Of a stretch of 64,000 nt of DNA, positions 39,964 through 52,116 are shown one piece after another. The notes beneath the pieces are model-generated. The model saw only the letters and a program-made list of their open reading frames with translations. It did not search any database and was not told where the DNA came from. The position numbers were made by a program, and so were the translations under genes. Source of the DNA: Chrysomallon squamiferum (taxonomy: Eukaryota > Animalia > Mollusca). Location: assembly GCA_012295275.1 (NCBI GenBank), contig CM022673.1:25978001-26042000 (forward strand), written 5' to 3'. How positions within the stretch are numbered: the stretch's first letter is position 1; every line of letters begins with the position of its first letter.

Positions 39964-40196
39964 ATAATAATAGTAATAAAAAAAAAAAAATAAAAATCCT
40001 ACAGCACGCAAAATGTTTGCTGAAAATGTTTTGAAACAAATAATAAATGAACAAACTCATACAAGTAATAATAATAATTAAATTAGAAAAATAATTTAAT
40101 AATAATAAAATTAAGAACAATACTGCAAACAAACCTTTTTAATGTCGATTTTAAACAACTAAGACAAGCCATTGACAATCTTTTTATCAGTGTCAT

Positions 40197-40248
<52 letters not shown>

Positions 40249-41100
40249 CAGATAGATAGATAGATATAGATATTTAATAATAATTTTAAAAATAAAAATA
40301 AAGAAAATTAAAAAATATGGAAATATCTTGACTTATTAAAGATGAGCATCCTTGTAAGATGAATGTTAATTTGTTGACTGGAATTTTAAAAATGCTTCTT
40401 TACAGCCAGTATAAATGTCAAACTAGTTAAAATTGTTGTATATTAATCCATTACAGTTAATCAGTTATTAGCAGACAAAAAAAGATGGTGAAAATTGGCA
40501 GTCAACCAAGAGCAGATACATGTGTGTTCTCTAATACGTTACTAGAAGATAATCAGATTTTTTAAAAACATTTTCAGATGATAACCAAAACTGTGTCTTG
40601 TACACTGGCAAATCTGAGGTATTATTAATTCACGAAACAAAGAGGTCATTTTTATTTTATATTATTATTTCTTTTTTTCTTCTTGGATGTTTCAACAGTA
40701 TTCTCCGTCACCTTGAACAACCTATCGTATTAAAGAGTTTAATATTTGGATTGGGAAATAGCCCTACAGGGGGCTGTATGAAAGAGAACAGCTCCTGACC
40801 ATATTTAAACAGTTCACAAATAATGTTCTTGGGATTTTCATTAGTTTGAAATTTAAATTAAATTACTTTTGGCGCATCTAAAATGACCCTCCCACGGGAT
40901 GAGAGAGGGCAAAAATAGAATTGATTGTGAAAGTAATTACAGTCTGTTCTTCATCAGAGAGACGATGAGTAAATAGCCTTGAAGAGTTGTCGCCCTTTTA
41001 TATTATTTATAGACACAGAAAGAAATGGTTTATTAAAGACATTTTAACAAAACGCGTAACTTTTTAATCTGTATTAACGTGGCATCATACACATGGTTAA

Positions 41101-41132
<32 letters not shown>

Positions 41133-41552
41133 TTAAATTATTAAACATTTTGATGCAAACATTATTATATAAACTTCTCATATATAACATTTAAAACATT
41201 AAAAAATTAAATTAAATTAAAAAGTAATAATTAATAAATAAATTAATGATTTAACTTAAACTAATTACTATGAAGCATATTAAAAATAAATCTATTTTCT
41301 GTATGTACGTTAATTTGTGGTGTCTGGGTGCGTGTGTGTGTGTGTGAAATATATTATTCTTTGTTAGAAAGTTATTTTGAAGAGTAATTTTAGGAATACT
41401 GTAACACTGTTTCGTTTTTGAAATTTACAGAATACTTTTCAAATATTTCAAACAATAAGAATAGCTCAACCACTGTTCTGAGTTTATAAATTAAATTTTA
41501 TTTTCTTTAGTTCAAGGAAACGTGTCATTCTTGTTTTAACAAAGATCTGTAT

Positions 41553-41604
41553 TTAACTATAATTTCCCACTGCTGTTCTTTTCAAGGCAAGCTCTTCCTG
41601 TTCC
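41553..41604 (-). pseudogene. Remnant of calcitonin precursor exon 2 in duplicate copy 1 (EQEELALKRT, then deletion and stop)
   Basis: Paralogous to 49067-49037, with an intact acceptor (AG at 41606-41605). The 3' half of the exon and its donor, the mature-peptide exon and the signal-peptide exon are all absent from this copy. Confidence 0.8.
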
Positions 41605-42094
41605 CTGATAGAAAAAAGAAAATTTTGTTGACAGTATTTTTACTTTACATTAAATCAAATGACAGAAGATTACATTTTAACTTAACAATAACATTTTGTT
41701 TTACTTTCACTTTTGCACTCTATACTTTAAAAGTCATGAACCCCTTAAAAAAAAACCCCAAAAAACAAAACCCCAACAAAAACAATATAGAACTTTGTTG
41801 CTTGTGAATATGAAACTCTAAAGAGGGGAGACAACTGGGATTTTAAAAATATTTTTTGCCATGTTTGCCTAGGCTGATATATTATTATTATTTTACACAT
41901 AAAAACAATTATTTATGTAATTTAAATAGGTTCTTTAAAAATGTTCTTAAAACTTTATTTTCGAATACGGATTTACTGTTAGTAAAATAATGGGCTATTA
42001 AGTAATATTTAATAAAAAGTATTTTGATACTTTCAGTTCCATTCTTTTCTAAGAGGTGTACTACATAGCACAATTATTACATTATTAAGTGCTT

Positions 42095-42300
42095 ATTTAG
42101 TTGATTTATAGTAATCAGCCAATCACCAACCTCGTACTTTAGTAGATTTTTACTAATCAGCCAATCAGCAAATTTCTTATGATAGTACATTTATCCTAAT
42201 CAGCCAATCAGCAAACTTCATACTTTCAGTTGATTTATACTAATCAGCCAATCACGAACATCGTACTTTAGTAGCTTTATATTAATCAGCCAATCATCAG
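42095..42300 (+). repeat. ~42-44-bp minisatellite, 5 copies, each with TAATCAGCCAATCA (CCAAT box)
   Basis: Core at ~42113, 42155, 42197, 42241 and 42283. Confidence 0.88.
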
Positions 42301-43009
42301 CTTTATATCACTGTTAATCTATATGCTGTATTACTTTTCAGCCTGCCTTTGTTCTCTTGGGGAGTTACGAACAGATCTTTTTTCCCAGGCCATAACTATA
42401 TAGCTTTCCAGCTTCCTGAAGCCTCTCTACGACATACGGCTTACACGGCTCATGGTTGTTATTAATATTGCTCGTTTCTTGCAAAATGCAGTTTTGATAT
42501 TAATTGTAAAATTCACTGAAAAGAATACGTTGAAATCCTAAATTATTTCTCAGTAATACAAATGGGTATAATCTTATAATAACCAAACAAGTTTCGATTT
42601 ATTAAAATATTAAAAAATTATGGATTCATCTGTCTCATCTAGAAAACATTTAACATTTTATTAGTTCGATTTTAAATATCAATTAAATAATTAATATATA
42701 TATTTATGATGTATAACATATTTAAATATAATTTTGTTAGTAAAGCTGAACATTTAATATATATGTGTATGTATGTATGTATGTGCATATTAAGAATGTA
42801 TGTGCGTGATTATCTATGTATATATGTTTGGATAGATGGATGGATGGGTGTGTAAATATGGATGGTTGTGCTTGCCTATGTATGTAGTTTAGTATTTTGA
42901 ATATTTTCTGTCTTATGTACGTCTGAACAGACTCTGCACATAGACAATATCTGGGAACGCACTGGTGCGGGAGGACAAAGTCCAATCATGACCTCACAAA
43001 CCCGTCAGA

Positions 43010-43089
43010 TGCCACTGACGAGACTCGAACGTATGGACCCCATTCACCCGCTCTCCGAAGGCGAACGACGTTCGGCCATCGAGGCAACC
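43010..43089 (-). mobile_element. tRNA-derived SINE head or tRNA-like pseudogene (copy 1)
   Basis: Pol III A-box-like TGGCCGAACG and B-box GTTCGAGTC on the - strand. Paralogue of 61760-61846. Confidence 0.55.
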
Positions 43090-43107
43090 TTTGTATGTAT
43101 GTATGTA

Positions 43108-43160
<53 letters not shown>

Positions 43161-43461
43161 GCAAGTATGTACATGAATAAGTGTTTACGTATTTATCAAT
43201 TACACATAACCTTCACAGTTTTAAGAAATCTGAAAACATGGCTGATACGTGATAGGTCACAGGATCACTTCATTCCTAGTTATTTTCCATTCTAGTCAGT
43301 GTCCCTATATTTATATATATTAGATAACACAGCGTGTGATTTTATTTGTATAGGCAACGAATATTAAAAAATGTTTTACTTCTAACTGATGAGAGCAGCC
43401 AGTGATGGATAAACAAACAAACAAACAAACAAACAAACAAACAAACAAACAGATAGATAAG

Positions 43462-43508
<47 letters not shown>

Positions 43509-43638
43509 ACAAAGAAACAAATAAATAAATAAATGCTATATTAGACATGTTTATAACAAAAATATGAATAAAGGAATATAATTCCTTCATTCGTTCAAAA
43601 ATGTGGTGACGTTCTGATCAATAAAGGTTTAAAAATAA

Positions 43639-43993
43639 CAATGGTACATACCGCAGAAGTACTACGCTCGTACTGTCTAGCCAAGTCGACTACAAGCACA
43701 CCTCTCTCATGTTTTTCTATGATTTCATACTTTAATTCCGCTTCTCAGCAGTGTCCTTTGCACTCACTTTCTTAGGATGCATGGTCAGAAAATTTTTTTT
43801 TTTTTAGCAAAATACTGCACAAAACGCGAGCACAACACAACAGAGATGCTTTAATGGTGAGATAACTATGTGAAGAAAAACGAGTGAGACGCGGGATGCT
43901 GGCCGGATGTTGCGTTGTTCGTTGCGCCAACTAGAGGTGGCATATCTAAAGCTTGCTCGTAAGTTCGTGCACTCGTAAGTCGAGGTACCACTG
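43639..43993. mobile_element. Tc1/mariner (pogo/Tigger-like) non-autonomous element, left end degraded
   Basis: The right end ...CTCGTAAGTCGAGGTACCACTG|TA is a CAGTGGTACCTCG-type TIR followed by TA; CAATGGTAC lies at the left. The GC-rich body is absent from the paralogous site near 62465. Confidence 0.6.
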
Positions 43994-45385
43994 TATTATC
44001 TTATTAACAGCATAAAAAAGACATATATAATCGTTTTAAATACTAGATACATCTTTCTATAACTTAACAAATCCTTTCTGTTTTATAATGAAAACGATTA
44101 AAGAAAGTAAAGACAGAAACAAAAATTCTGCTAATGAAGAAAAATATAGAAAAATATATTTAATTTTTATATACATTATATATATGTTTTTGTATATATG
44201 TGTATGCATATATTTATATATACATGCATGTATGTATGCATTTAGGTAGTTAGGTAGGTAGGTAGGTAGGTAGGTTTATATGTGTGTATATATGTATGTA
44301 TGTAGGTATGTATGTATGTGTGCATGTATATATATATGTGTTGTGTGTGCGTATGTATATTGTCACGAAATTCAGACTGTGTAACAAATTTATCTTTATG
44401 CTACATCCGGCTGTTTATATTTATGTCATGGAATTCAAATTGCGTAACTAATTGTTACTTCAATCACGTCCGCTCTTTTTATTTTTGCCACCAATTTTTC
44501 AACTCCATGGCTTTGTTTTAAAAGTGCTGGAACTTGGTAATTAAGCAGACAGAAAACTAATGTTTTTGAATACGGACGAGTATGTTAAGCAGTTGTCTGT
44601 TCTTATTTTGATAGTGTATAATGTGCAATTAACCTGTGTCAATAACATTGAATGTACTAAAAGTTTAATTGTTTAATCTGTTCTCCGTGATTCTTATTTT
44701 GTCTTGGTTCCCCGTATGACCTTAGTCGTATCATTAATCAAAATTAAATATATGTTTTATCGATTGTATTGTGTATTATTATCAAATCACCTGTATATCA
44801 TAATTAATTAATTAACTCGTATCTTAACTTGTATTTTGTTTATTTCTCTAGTGGATAGATAGAATTATTGATTTAATAGATTGCTGTCAATTTAGGATTT
44901 ATATTCCTTGTTATCTTAGGTTGAGTCTTAATATAACATCCATTGTTATACTTTTAATTTTTAAAATATTTTTTAGGTTTTTGCGAGGTGAAAGGATGAG
45001 GAGAAAAATTTACTTGGACAGTGAGATACTTAATTACAAAACGGAAATCATCAAAATGGAAATACTAAAGAAAATATATTAATAACATTTATCAAAGCTG
45101 TATCAGTTAATTCCTATTGACAGAGCCTATTAGACGGCTAAAAGATGATTAAGACTTGTAAGTGGAGACAAGAACGATCAGGAATATTTTACAGTAATTT
45201 TATTCAACTGTCACATACAGAAATCTCCTGCAATGATTTCTCCCAAGTGTCATCAAACAAGCGAACCGGAAACACGTCAAATCAATAAAAATCAAGATCG
45301 ACAACCGTTTTAAAAACTTGACACAGAGAAGATCTAACCCGACTTACGAGAACTTGAACTTTTACACAAAATCGGTTTATTAGTA

Positions 45386-45644
45386 CAGGTACCGGACCAA
45401 TTATCCGGCGTCCTGAAGTCCGGAAAGACCAGAAAACGTGAAGTTTTTCCCGACGCTATTTTCATAGTTAGCGCTACTCTTTCATTCACTCGCCACAGTT
45501 GTGTATCGTCATTTTTCTTTATGTTTTTAATTTTAAAATGTTTATGTCTAATTATTTACGTATTTAGATGCCTTGGTACCAGAAAACCTGAACATCTAGA
45601 AATCCGGAATCCCCAAGGAGTCCGGATAATTGGTCCGGTACCTG
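45386..45644. mobile_element. 259-bp MITE, Tc1/mariner superfamily
   Basis: Perfect 23-bp TIR CAGGTACCGGACCAATTATCCGG. TA on the left and GA (mutated TA) on the right. The empty site TTAGTA|TCAG is present in the paralogue near 38682. Confidence 0.93.
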
Positions 45645-45817
45645 GATCAACAAGTTTGCTGTCACAGAACATCATAGAAGCCTGTGTTCATCAGCATTAC
45701 ACTTTAATGATGTCATTTCCATTAGTCTGTGTGTGTATGTGTGTATACTTAACGTAAGCACGTTAGTATATCTGTATATATTTATTTGTATATATGTTTC
45801 TATGTATGTTGTGTGTG

Positions 45818-45848
<31 letters not shown>

Positions 45849-46696
45849 ATATATATATATACACACACACACGCACACACATACGTATGATTGTATGCAT
45901 GTGTATGTATCTATGTATGGTTGTATGTGTGTATGTTAAAACATATTTTTTGAAGTAAAAGATATCGGTTATAATGAATTACTTTAATCAAATTATGAAA
46001 TTCATCACCTCGCTATGTTTTAATAAAATAAAATTAATTATGAAATTACATCATATTTTTATTACTTCTGACTTCTGTTTTCTTTCTCTTTTTTTTTATA
46101 TTTTTTTTTTTTTTTTTTTTTTTTGCCTTATTTTATTTATTTATTATTATTATTATTATTTTTTTTTTGGAAACAAATAATAAATGAAGAAACTCATAAA
46201 AGTAATAATAATAAATAAATAAATTAGAAAAAAATATATATATTAATAAAATTAAGAACAATACTGCAAACAAACTTTTTTAATGTCGATTTTAACACAG
46301 CTAAGACAAGCCATTGACTATCAATGCAATTATTTCTTTTTAAACATTCTTTTCATATATATATATATATATATATTCTTTTCATCAATATCATCATTCA
46401 TTGCAAATCATTCATAATTAATTCTTTGACCACAGTTAAGCAAGACATAACTGAAGCAGTTGAAGAAACGTTAATCATGTATCATGTTGGTTCATTCTTT
46501 TAATTAGAATTGCCAGTCACCATGCAAAATATTTCGAGTTATCTTTTCTTTTTATTATAACTGGTTTAATCCTAGATTTTTAAAATACGATCCTGTTCCA
46601 GCTTCAGTTTCACAATTTATTATGCAGTCATATGTTACGTGACAGAAAAACACGCACGGAATGAAAACTCTCAGTATTTCTTTGACATTGGTGAGA

Positions 46697-46753
<57 letters not shown>

Positions 46754-48178
46754 TACATTTAATAAAGAATAATAAAAATTTAATAGTAATAAAAATGTAA
46801 TTACAATAAATTAGTAACTTCAAAAAATAACGAAATCTTAGTAATAATAATAATAACAGAATAATAATAATAATAGTAACAATAATAATAATAATAATAA
46901 TAAAACAACAACAATAATAATGAAATAATAGTAATAATAATAACAAAATTTAGATTTTTAAAACAAATTTGATTTTAATATGCTTCAAATCTAAAATTAA
47001 TATATACAGTAAATACATTAAAAGTCATTAACACAAAGAACCTAAAGATCCGATGTTGTTGATATACACAGCCAGGACACCTGTAACACCAAACACACCT
47101 GAAATAATAATATTTAAACAAAATATATATATGAAAAATATGAAAAAAAAAGACACATTAAATATTAATTTAGTTTAGTTATACAAAAGAATCAGGGGTA
47201 AAAGAAAAAATACAAATCTGAATTTGGGAACAGAGGGAAAAAACAATAAATTATCTTAAAAAAAGAAAGAAAAAAAAAAAGAGGAAAATACTATATAAAA
47301 AAACGATATATATATATAATGAAATAATAATAATAATAATAAAGAATATAAAAAAATATGGAAATATCTTGACTCATCCTTAAACATTGTGAGTTTCATT
47401 AGTTTAAAATTTAAATTAAATTACTTTTGGCGCATCTAAAATGACCCTCAAGGGATGAGAGAGGGCAAAAATAGAATTGATTGTGTAAGTAATTACAGTC
47501 TGTTCTTCATCAGAGAGACGATGAGTAAATAGCCTCGAAGAGTTGTTGCCCTTTATATTATTTATAGCCGCAGAAAGAAATGGTTTATTAAAGACATTTT
47601 AACAAAACGCGTAACTTTTTAATCTGTGTTAACGTGGCATCAAACATTTGGTTAAACATATATATAAATAATTAATTAAAAACATTATATATAAACTTAT
47701 CATTAATAAGTAAAAAAAAAAGTAATAATAAATAAATAATTTAATTAAATTTAAATGATTTTAACTGATGATTAAACTAATTACTCTGAAGCATATTAAA
47801 AATAAATAAATTTTCTGTATATACGTTCATTTGTGGTGTGTGTGTCTGTGTGTCTTTCTGTGTATGTGTGTGTGTGTGTGTGTCGGTGTCTGTAAAATAT
47901 AATATGCTTTGATAAAAAATTATTTTGAAGATTAATTCTAGGAATACTGTAACACTGGTTTTTTTTGGTTTTTTTGTGGGTTTTTTTTTTTTTTTTTTTT
48001 TTTTTTTAGAGTTTACAGAATACTTTCAAATATTTCAAACAATAAGAATAGCTCAACCACTGTTCTGGATTTATAAATTAAAATTTTATTTTTTCTTATT
48101 TTCTTAGCACACTGCAACGTATCAGAGTGAGGCAGAAGCAAACGCAAATGCACCTTGTTCCAGACGATCGTCTGTTTT

Positions 48179-48338
48179 TTATGTGAGGTTGTCGCTGCGA
48201 AGGAAAGGATGTGATCGACGACGTCGTCTTTTTCCTGGACTCAGGTGTGTTTTGAGCCAGTTGTACTGACTCGTTGCCCTGTCCAGTGATTCTGTCAGAC
48301 AGTGGTTATTTCCCAGGTTCACAGCACAAGTCCTTTTT
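48179..48338 (-). CDS. Calcitonin precursor exon encoding the mature amidated peptide
   Basis: Acceptor TTTCTCTGTTTTACAG|; KR and G-KR processing sites; TAA at 48181-48179. Confidence 0.92.
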
Positions 48339-48453
48339 CTGTAAAACAGAGAAATAAGTGTTTAACAATAAAATAATTATATAATGTGTGTATGTGCGTA
48401 TGTGCGTTTGGGTGTGTGTTTGTGTGTATATGTGTATGCATGTATGTATGTAG

Positions 48454-48501
<48 letters not shown>

Positions 48502-48653
48502 TATGTATGTATGTATGTATGTATGTATGTATATGTATGTATGTATATGTATATGTCTGTTTATATGTATATATGTATGTATGCATGTATGTATGTATAT
48601 GTTTGTATGTATATGTATGTACGCATACTTGTATGCATATGTATGTGTCTGTG

Positions 48654-48685
<32 letters not shown>

Positions 48686-49266
48686 TGTATGTATCTTCAT
48701 ACTCATTTATAAAAGAAAAGTATATTTGTTAACAATAATATTAACTGTGACCCCAAAAGGAACTAAATAACAACGCCAATCAGCTGCACATGATTATAAC
48801 CTCTTCCATGTGAAATGTGAATTCTTTTCAAAAAAATAAAACAAACAAATAAATAAAAGCTTTCCAAAAAAAACATTTTTTTCTCTCTCTCTTTGCTCTG
48901 TTGATCATCATTTTTGTTTGTTCAGAGATCTATATTTAACTATTATTTCCCACTGGTTTGAAAGAAATGACATTTACACATGCATTGCTTCTTCAGCTCT
49001 CAGTTTGCGAATAAGATAGTTCAAGGAAGAAACTACAGTTCTTTTCAAGGCAAGGTCGTCTTGTTCCCTGAAAAAAAAAAAAAAAATTTTGTTAACAATA
49101 TTTTTACTTTACATTAAATCAAATGATAGAAGATTACATTTTTTACTTAACAATAACATTTTGTTTTACTTTCACTTTTGCACTCTATACTTTAAAAGTC
49201 ATGAAAAAAAATATACAGAAGTTTGTTGCTTGTGAATATGAAACTGAAAAGAGGGGAGACAATTGG

Positions 49267-49309
<43 letters not shown>

Positions 49310-50517
49310 TTATGAATAAAAATAATTATATTTGTAATTTAAATAAGTTCCTAAAACATCTTCTTAAAACTTTATTTTCGAATACATATTTACTATTCGT
49401 AAAATGATGAGCTATTAAGTAAAATTTAATAATAAGTATTTTGATACTTTCAGTTCTATTCTTTTCTAAGAGGTGTACTATATAGCACAATTATTATATT
49501 ATTTAGTGCATATTTAGTTGATTTATATTAATCAGCCAATCACCAACCTCGTATTTTAGTAGATTTATACTAATCAGCCAATCAGCAACCTCGTAGTTTA
49601 GTTGATTTATGCTAATCAACTGGTTTTCAACCTTTTTCATACCGCGACCCCTTATGAGCAAATTAGTATGACCAATGACCCCATTTAAAAATTTTGATTC
49701 AATAATATCTAGGGTTACCATATTTTCATCAACCAAAGATGGTTCAAAAAGAATCTATATTCACTATGACGGGTCCCAAATCTATCTACACGTTTTTATT
49801 TATTCCTCCTTCCAAGTCAACATGAAAAAAAGTTAAGACATACCCTCGCTCAAGAACGATCTCGCGACCCCCAGGTTGAAAATCTATGTGCTAATCAGCC
49901 AATCAGCAAACTTCTTATGTTTTAGTAGATTTATATTAAACAGCCAATCATCAGCCTTATATCACTGTTAATCTATATGACGTATTACTTTTCAGCCTGT
50001 GTTTGTTCTTTGGGGGAGATACGAACAGATCTTTTTCTTAGGTGATAATAAAAAATATCAAAATCTGACAATTAAATAATTATTGTAGGTAACAATTTAT
50101 ATTTGTACGTGTGCGAGCGTCACTGCCTTTCAGTGAATATAGGACTGTTTTACAATAATTATATATACTCAGTCTTCAGGGACTTTTTTGATGAAATATT
50201 GTCAGACGTTTCTTCTATTTCATTGACTTGGTTTATTATCCTAAACCAATAGAATATGATATTGCCAACAGGTGGATTTGCATGTGAAGTTGTCAAGAAA
50301 AAAAAAGGGTCAATTTTGTAATTATATTACTGGCTCCAACTTTAGAGTTAAAATGAACGTGATAATAATATAATTTTGTAGTATTAGCAGTATTATATAT
50401 ATATATATAAAACGAAATATTTACGTACATGTTACGTTTTCGTGAATGGAATGCTGACAGTGATGTGATAGTGAACATGTAGATTAGAGCCAGGAGAACA
50501 ACCTTGTGGAGGTACAT
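48179..50517 (-). CDS. Calcitonin-type neuropeptide precursor, 112 aa; exons 50517-50429, 49067-48978, 48338-48179
   Basis: MYLHKVVLLALIYMFTITSLSA (signal peptide)-FHSRKRNM/EQDDLALKRTVVSSLNYLIRKLRAEEAMHV/KR-TCAVNLGNNHCLTESLDRATSQYNWLKTHLSP-G-KRRRRR-SHPFLRSDNLT*. Both introns are canonical GT-AG, phase 2. A 32-aa peptide with an N-terminal Cys pair and C-terminal Pro-amide is the calcitonin signature. Confidence 0.92.
48978..49067 (-). CDS. Calcitonin precursor pro-region exon
   Basis: 90 nt, poly(T)CAG| acceptor, |GTAAAT donor, phase 2 at both ends. Confidence 0.88.
49515..49955 (+). repeat. CCAAT-core ~42-bp minisatellite (4 copies) in a calcitonin intron, interrupted by a hAT MITE
   Basis: TAATCAGCCAATCA cores at ~49529, 49571, 49892 and a variant at 49937. 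Confidence 0.85.
49618..49888. mobile_element. 271-bp hAT-type MITE
   Basis: 8-bp TSD TGCTAATC (49610-49617 and 49889-49896). Imperfect 16-bp TIRs AACTGGTTTTCAACCT / AGGTTGAAAATCTATG and subterminal CGCGACCC repeats. Absent from the paralogous array at 42.1-42.3 kb. Confidence 0.88.
50429..50517 (-). CDS. Calcitonin precursor signal-peptide exon (exon begins at 50530)
   Basis: Acceptor TTTCTCTTTCAG| 13 nt before the ATG, a hydrophobic signal peptide, and donor AT|GTACGT. Confidence 0.88.
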
Positions 50518-50654
50518 GCTGATGTATTTTCTGAAAGAGAAAGAAAAAAATTTAAATAAAAAAATGAATATAGTACATAACAAATTTATGAATATTAGTT
50601 AAAGAGCGGACTGTGAGATTAAGAACATGCTCATCTGTTGGTTAGTATACAATA

Positions 50655-50884
50655 CAGGGTGTCCCATAGGTTTCCATAGAAACGGTTTCATCTCAAGAAA
50701 TGTATTATCAACGCCATTACAAGCATAACTCCAGCTGTGCTTGAACGTGTTCTTCAGCAGTGGAGGATTGAAATGTGTTTTCAACATAATGGCAGTCATG
50801 TAGAGCATGTTATATAAATAAAAATGGTTTTTCATATAAAAACGTTTATTTTTTCCTTTGTATGGAATTTTATGGGACACCCTA
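50655..50884 (+). mobile_element. 230-bp internally deleted mariner-family element
   Basis: TA-flanked TIRs CAGGGTGTCCCATA / TATGGGACACCCTA. The interior reads ...ITPAVLERVLQQWRIEMCFQHNGSHVEHVI*, resembling mariner-type transposase C-termini (C...NGxHxEH). Confidence 0.85.
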
Positions 50885-50974
50885 TAGTACAAATGAATGG
50901 AATGTTGGACTCAGATTTGTTGAGTTTCAGGAGAACTCCACTCTTCACATTGGAAATAAATGTTCCCTTTTTTC

Positions 50975-51430
50975 GTTCTGGTGTTGTGTTCTGGTGTTGG
51001 GTTCTGCTGTTGTGTTCTGGTGTTGTGTTCTGGTGTTGTGTTCTGGTGTTGTGTTCTAGTGTTGATTTCTGGTGTTTTGTTCTGGTGTTGTGTTCTGGTG
51101 TTGGGTTCTAGTGTTGTTTTCTTGTGTAGTTTTCTGGTGTTGTTTTCTGGTGTTGGGTTCTGGTGTTGATTTCTGGTGTTGTGTTCTGGTGTTGTTTTCT
51201 GGTGTTGTGTTCTGGTGTTGTTTTCTGGTGTTGGGTTCTGGTGTTAGGTTCTGGTGTTGTGTTCTGGTGTTGTTTTCTGGTGTTGTTTTCTGGTGTTAGG
51301 TTCTGGTGTTGTTTTCTGGTGTTGGGTTCTGGTGTTGGGTTCTGGTGTTGGGTTCTGGTGTTAGGTTCTGGTGTTTATTTCTGGTGTTGGGTTCTGCTGT
51401 TGGGTTCTGGTTTTGCTGTTGGGTTCTGGT
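50975..51430 (+). repeat. 13-bp tandem repeat (CTGGTGTTGKKTT), ~35 copies
   Basis: Visible directly; it generates the spurious Cys/Trp/Val ORFs at 50824-51536. Confidence 0.95.
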
Positions 51431-52027
51431 TCTTGCATTGGTCTGTCATCATCTGGCGTCCATCCTGAAATTCTCCATCGACTGCAGTCAGAGGATGATC
51501 TACTTGAAGTCATTGCATTGTCAGAGTCTTGAGTGAACAGGAATTTACACATATTTCTGACATTTTGAGGAATTATACATATGTATGTGTATATATATAT
51601 ATATATACACATATATACATATATACAAGGCTCCATTGCCTTAGTTCAACGATAGTGCTATAGAGTCAAGAAGAAAAAAAAAAAAAATAATAATAATAAT
51701 AAAAAAAAAAAAAACATAAAAGAAGAAAAATTTTTAAAACAAAAAAATATAAGCCATCGTATGTTGCTTTTATTTCTTAATTATTAAGTAAAATAATTCT
51801 CTGGGTTACCCAGTTAGTAATTCTATTTTCAACTTGTTTTTTAAGATCATGCTAATCCCTTTGATAATTTGATGGAAATGGCATTCTTCTTTCATAAGAA
51901 GAAGCAGACAGACAAAAAATATAATCACCTTTATCGAGTTTAGTCTTTAAAAGTCACGAGTCTCAGATTAAATTATTGATTCTCACCACAAAAAAAAAAA
52001 AAAAAAAAAAAAAAGAAAAGAAAAGTG

Positions 52028-52116
<89 letters not shown>

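Larger units (their letters stand above)
37825..44300. repeat. Tandem segmental duplication, copy 1 (paralogous to ~44955-63230)
   Basis: Colinear near-identical blocks: 37825-37881~44955-45012; 38310-39060~45012-46080; 40030-40180~46170-46320; 40835-41505~47395-48095; 41540-42380~48920-50035; 42700-43235~61485-62345; 43545-43640~62355-62465; 44005-44290~62970-63230. Confidence 0.9.

Noticed and set aside
45009-45020. Microhomology TTTACTTGGACA vs TTTACCTGGACA (63895) as the duplication breakpoint
   Set aside because: 44955-45012 aligns to 37825-37881, so the copy extends further left and this point is an internal deletion rather than the junction.
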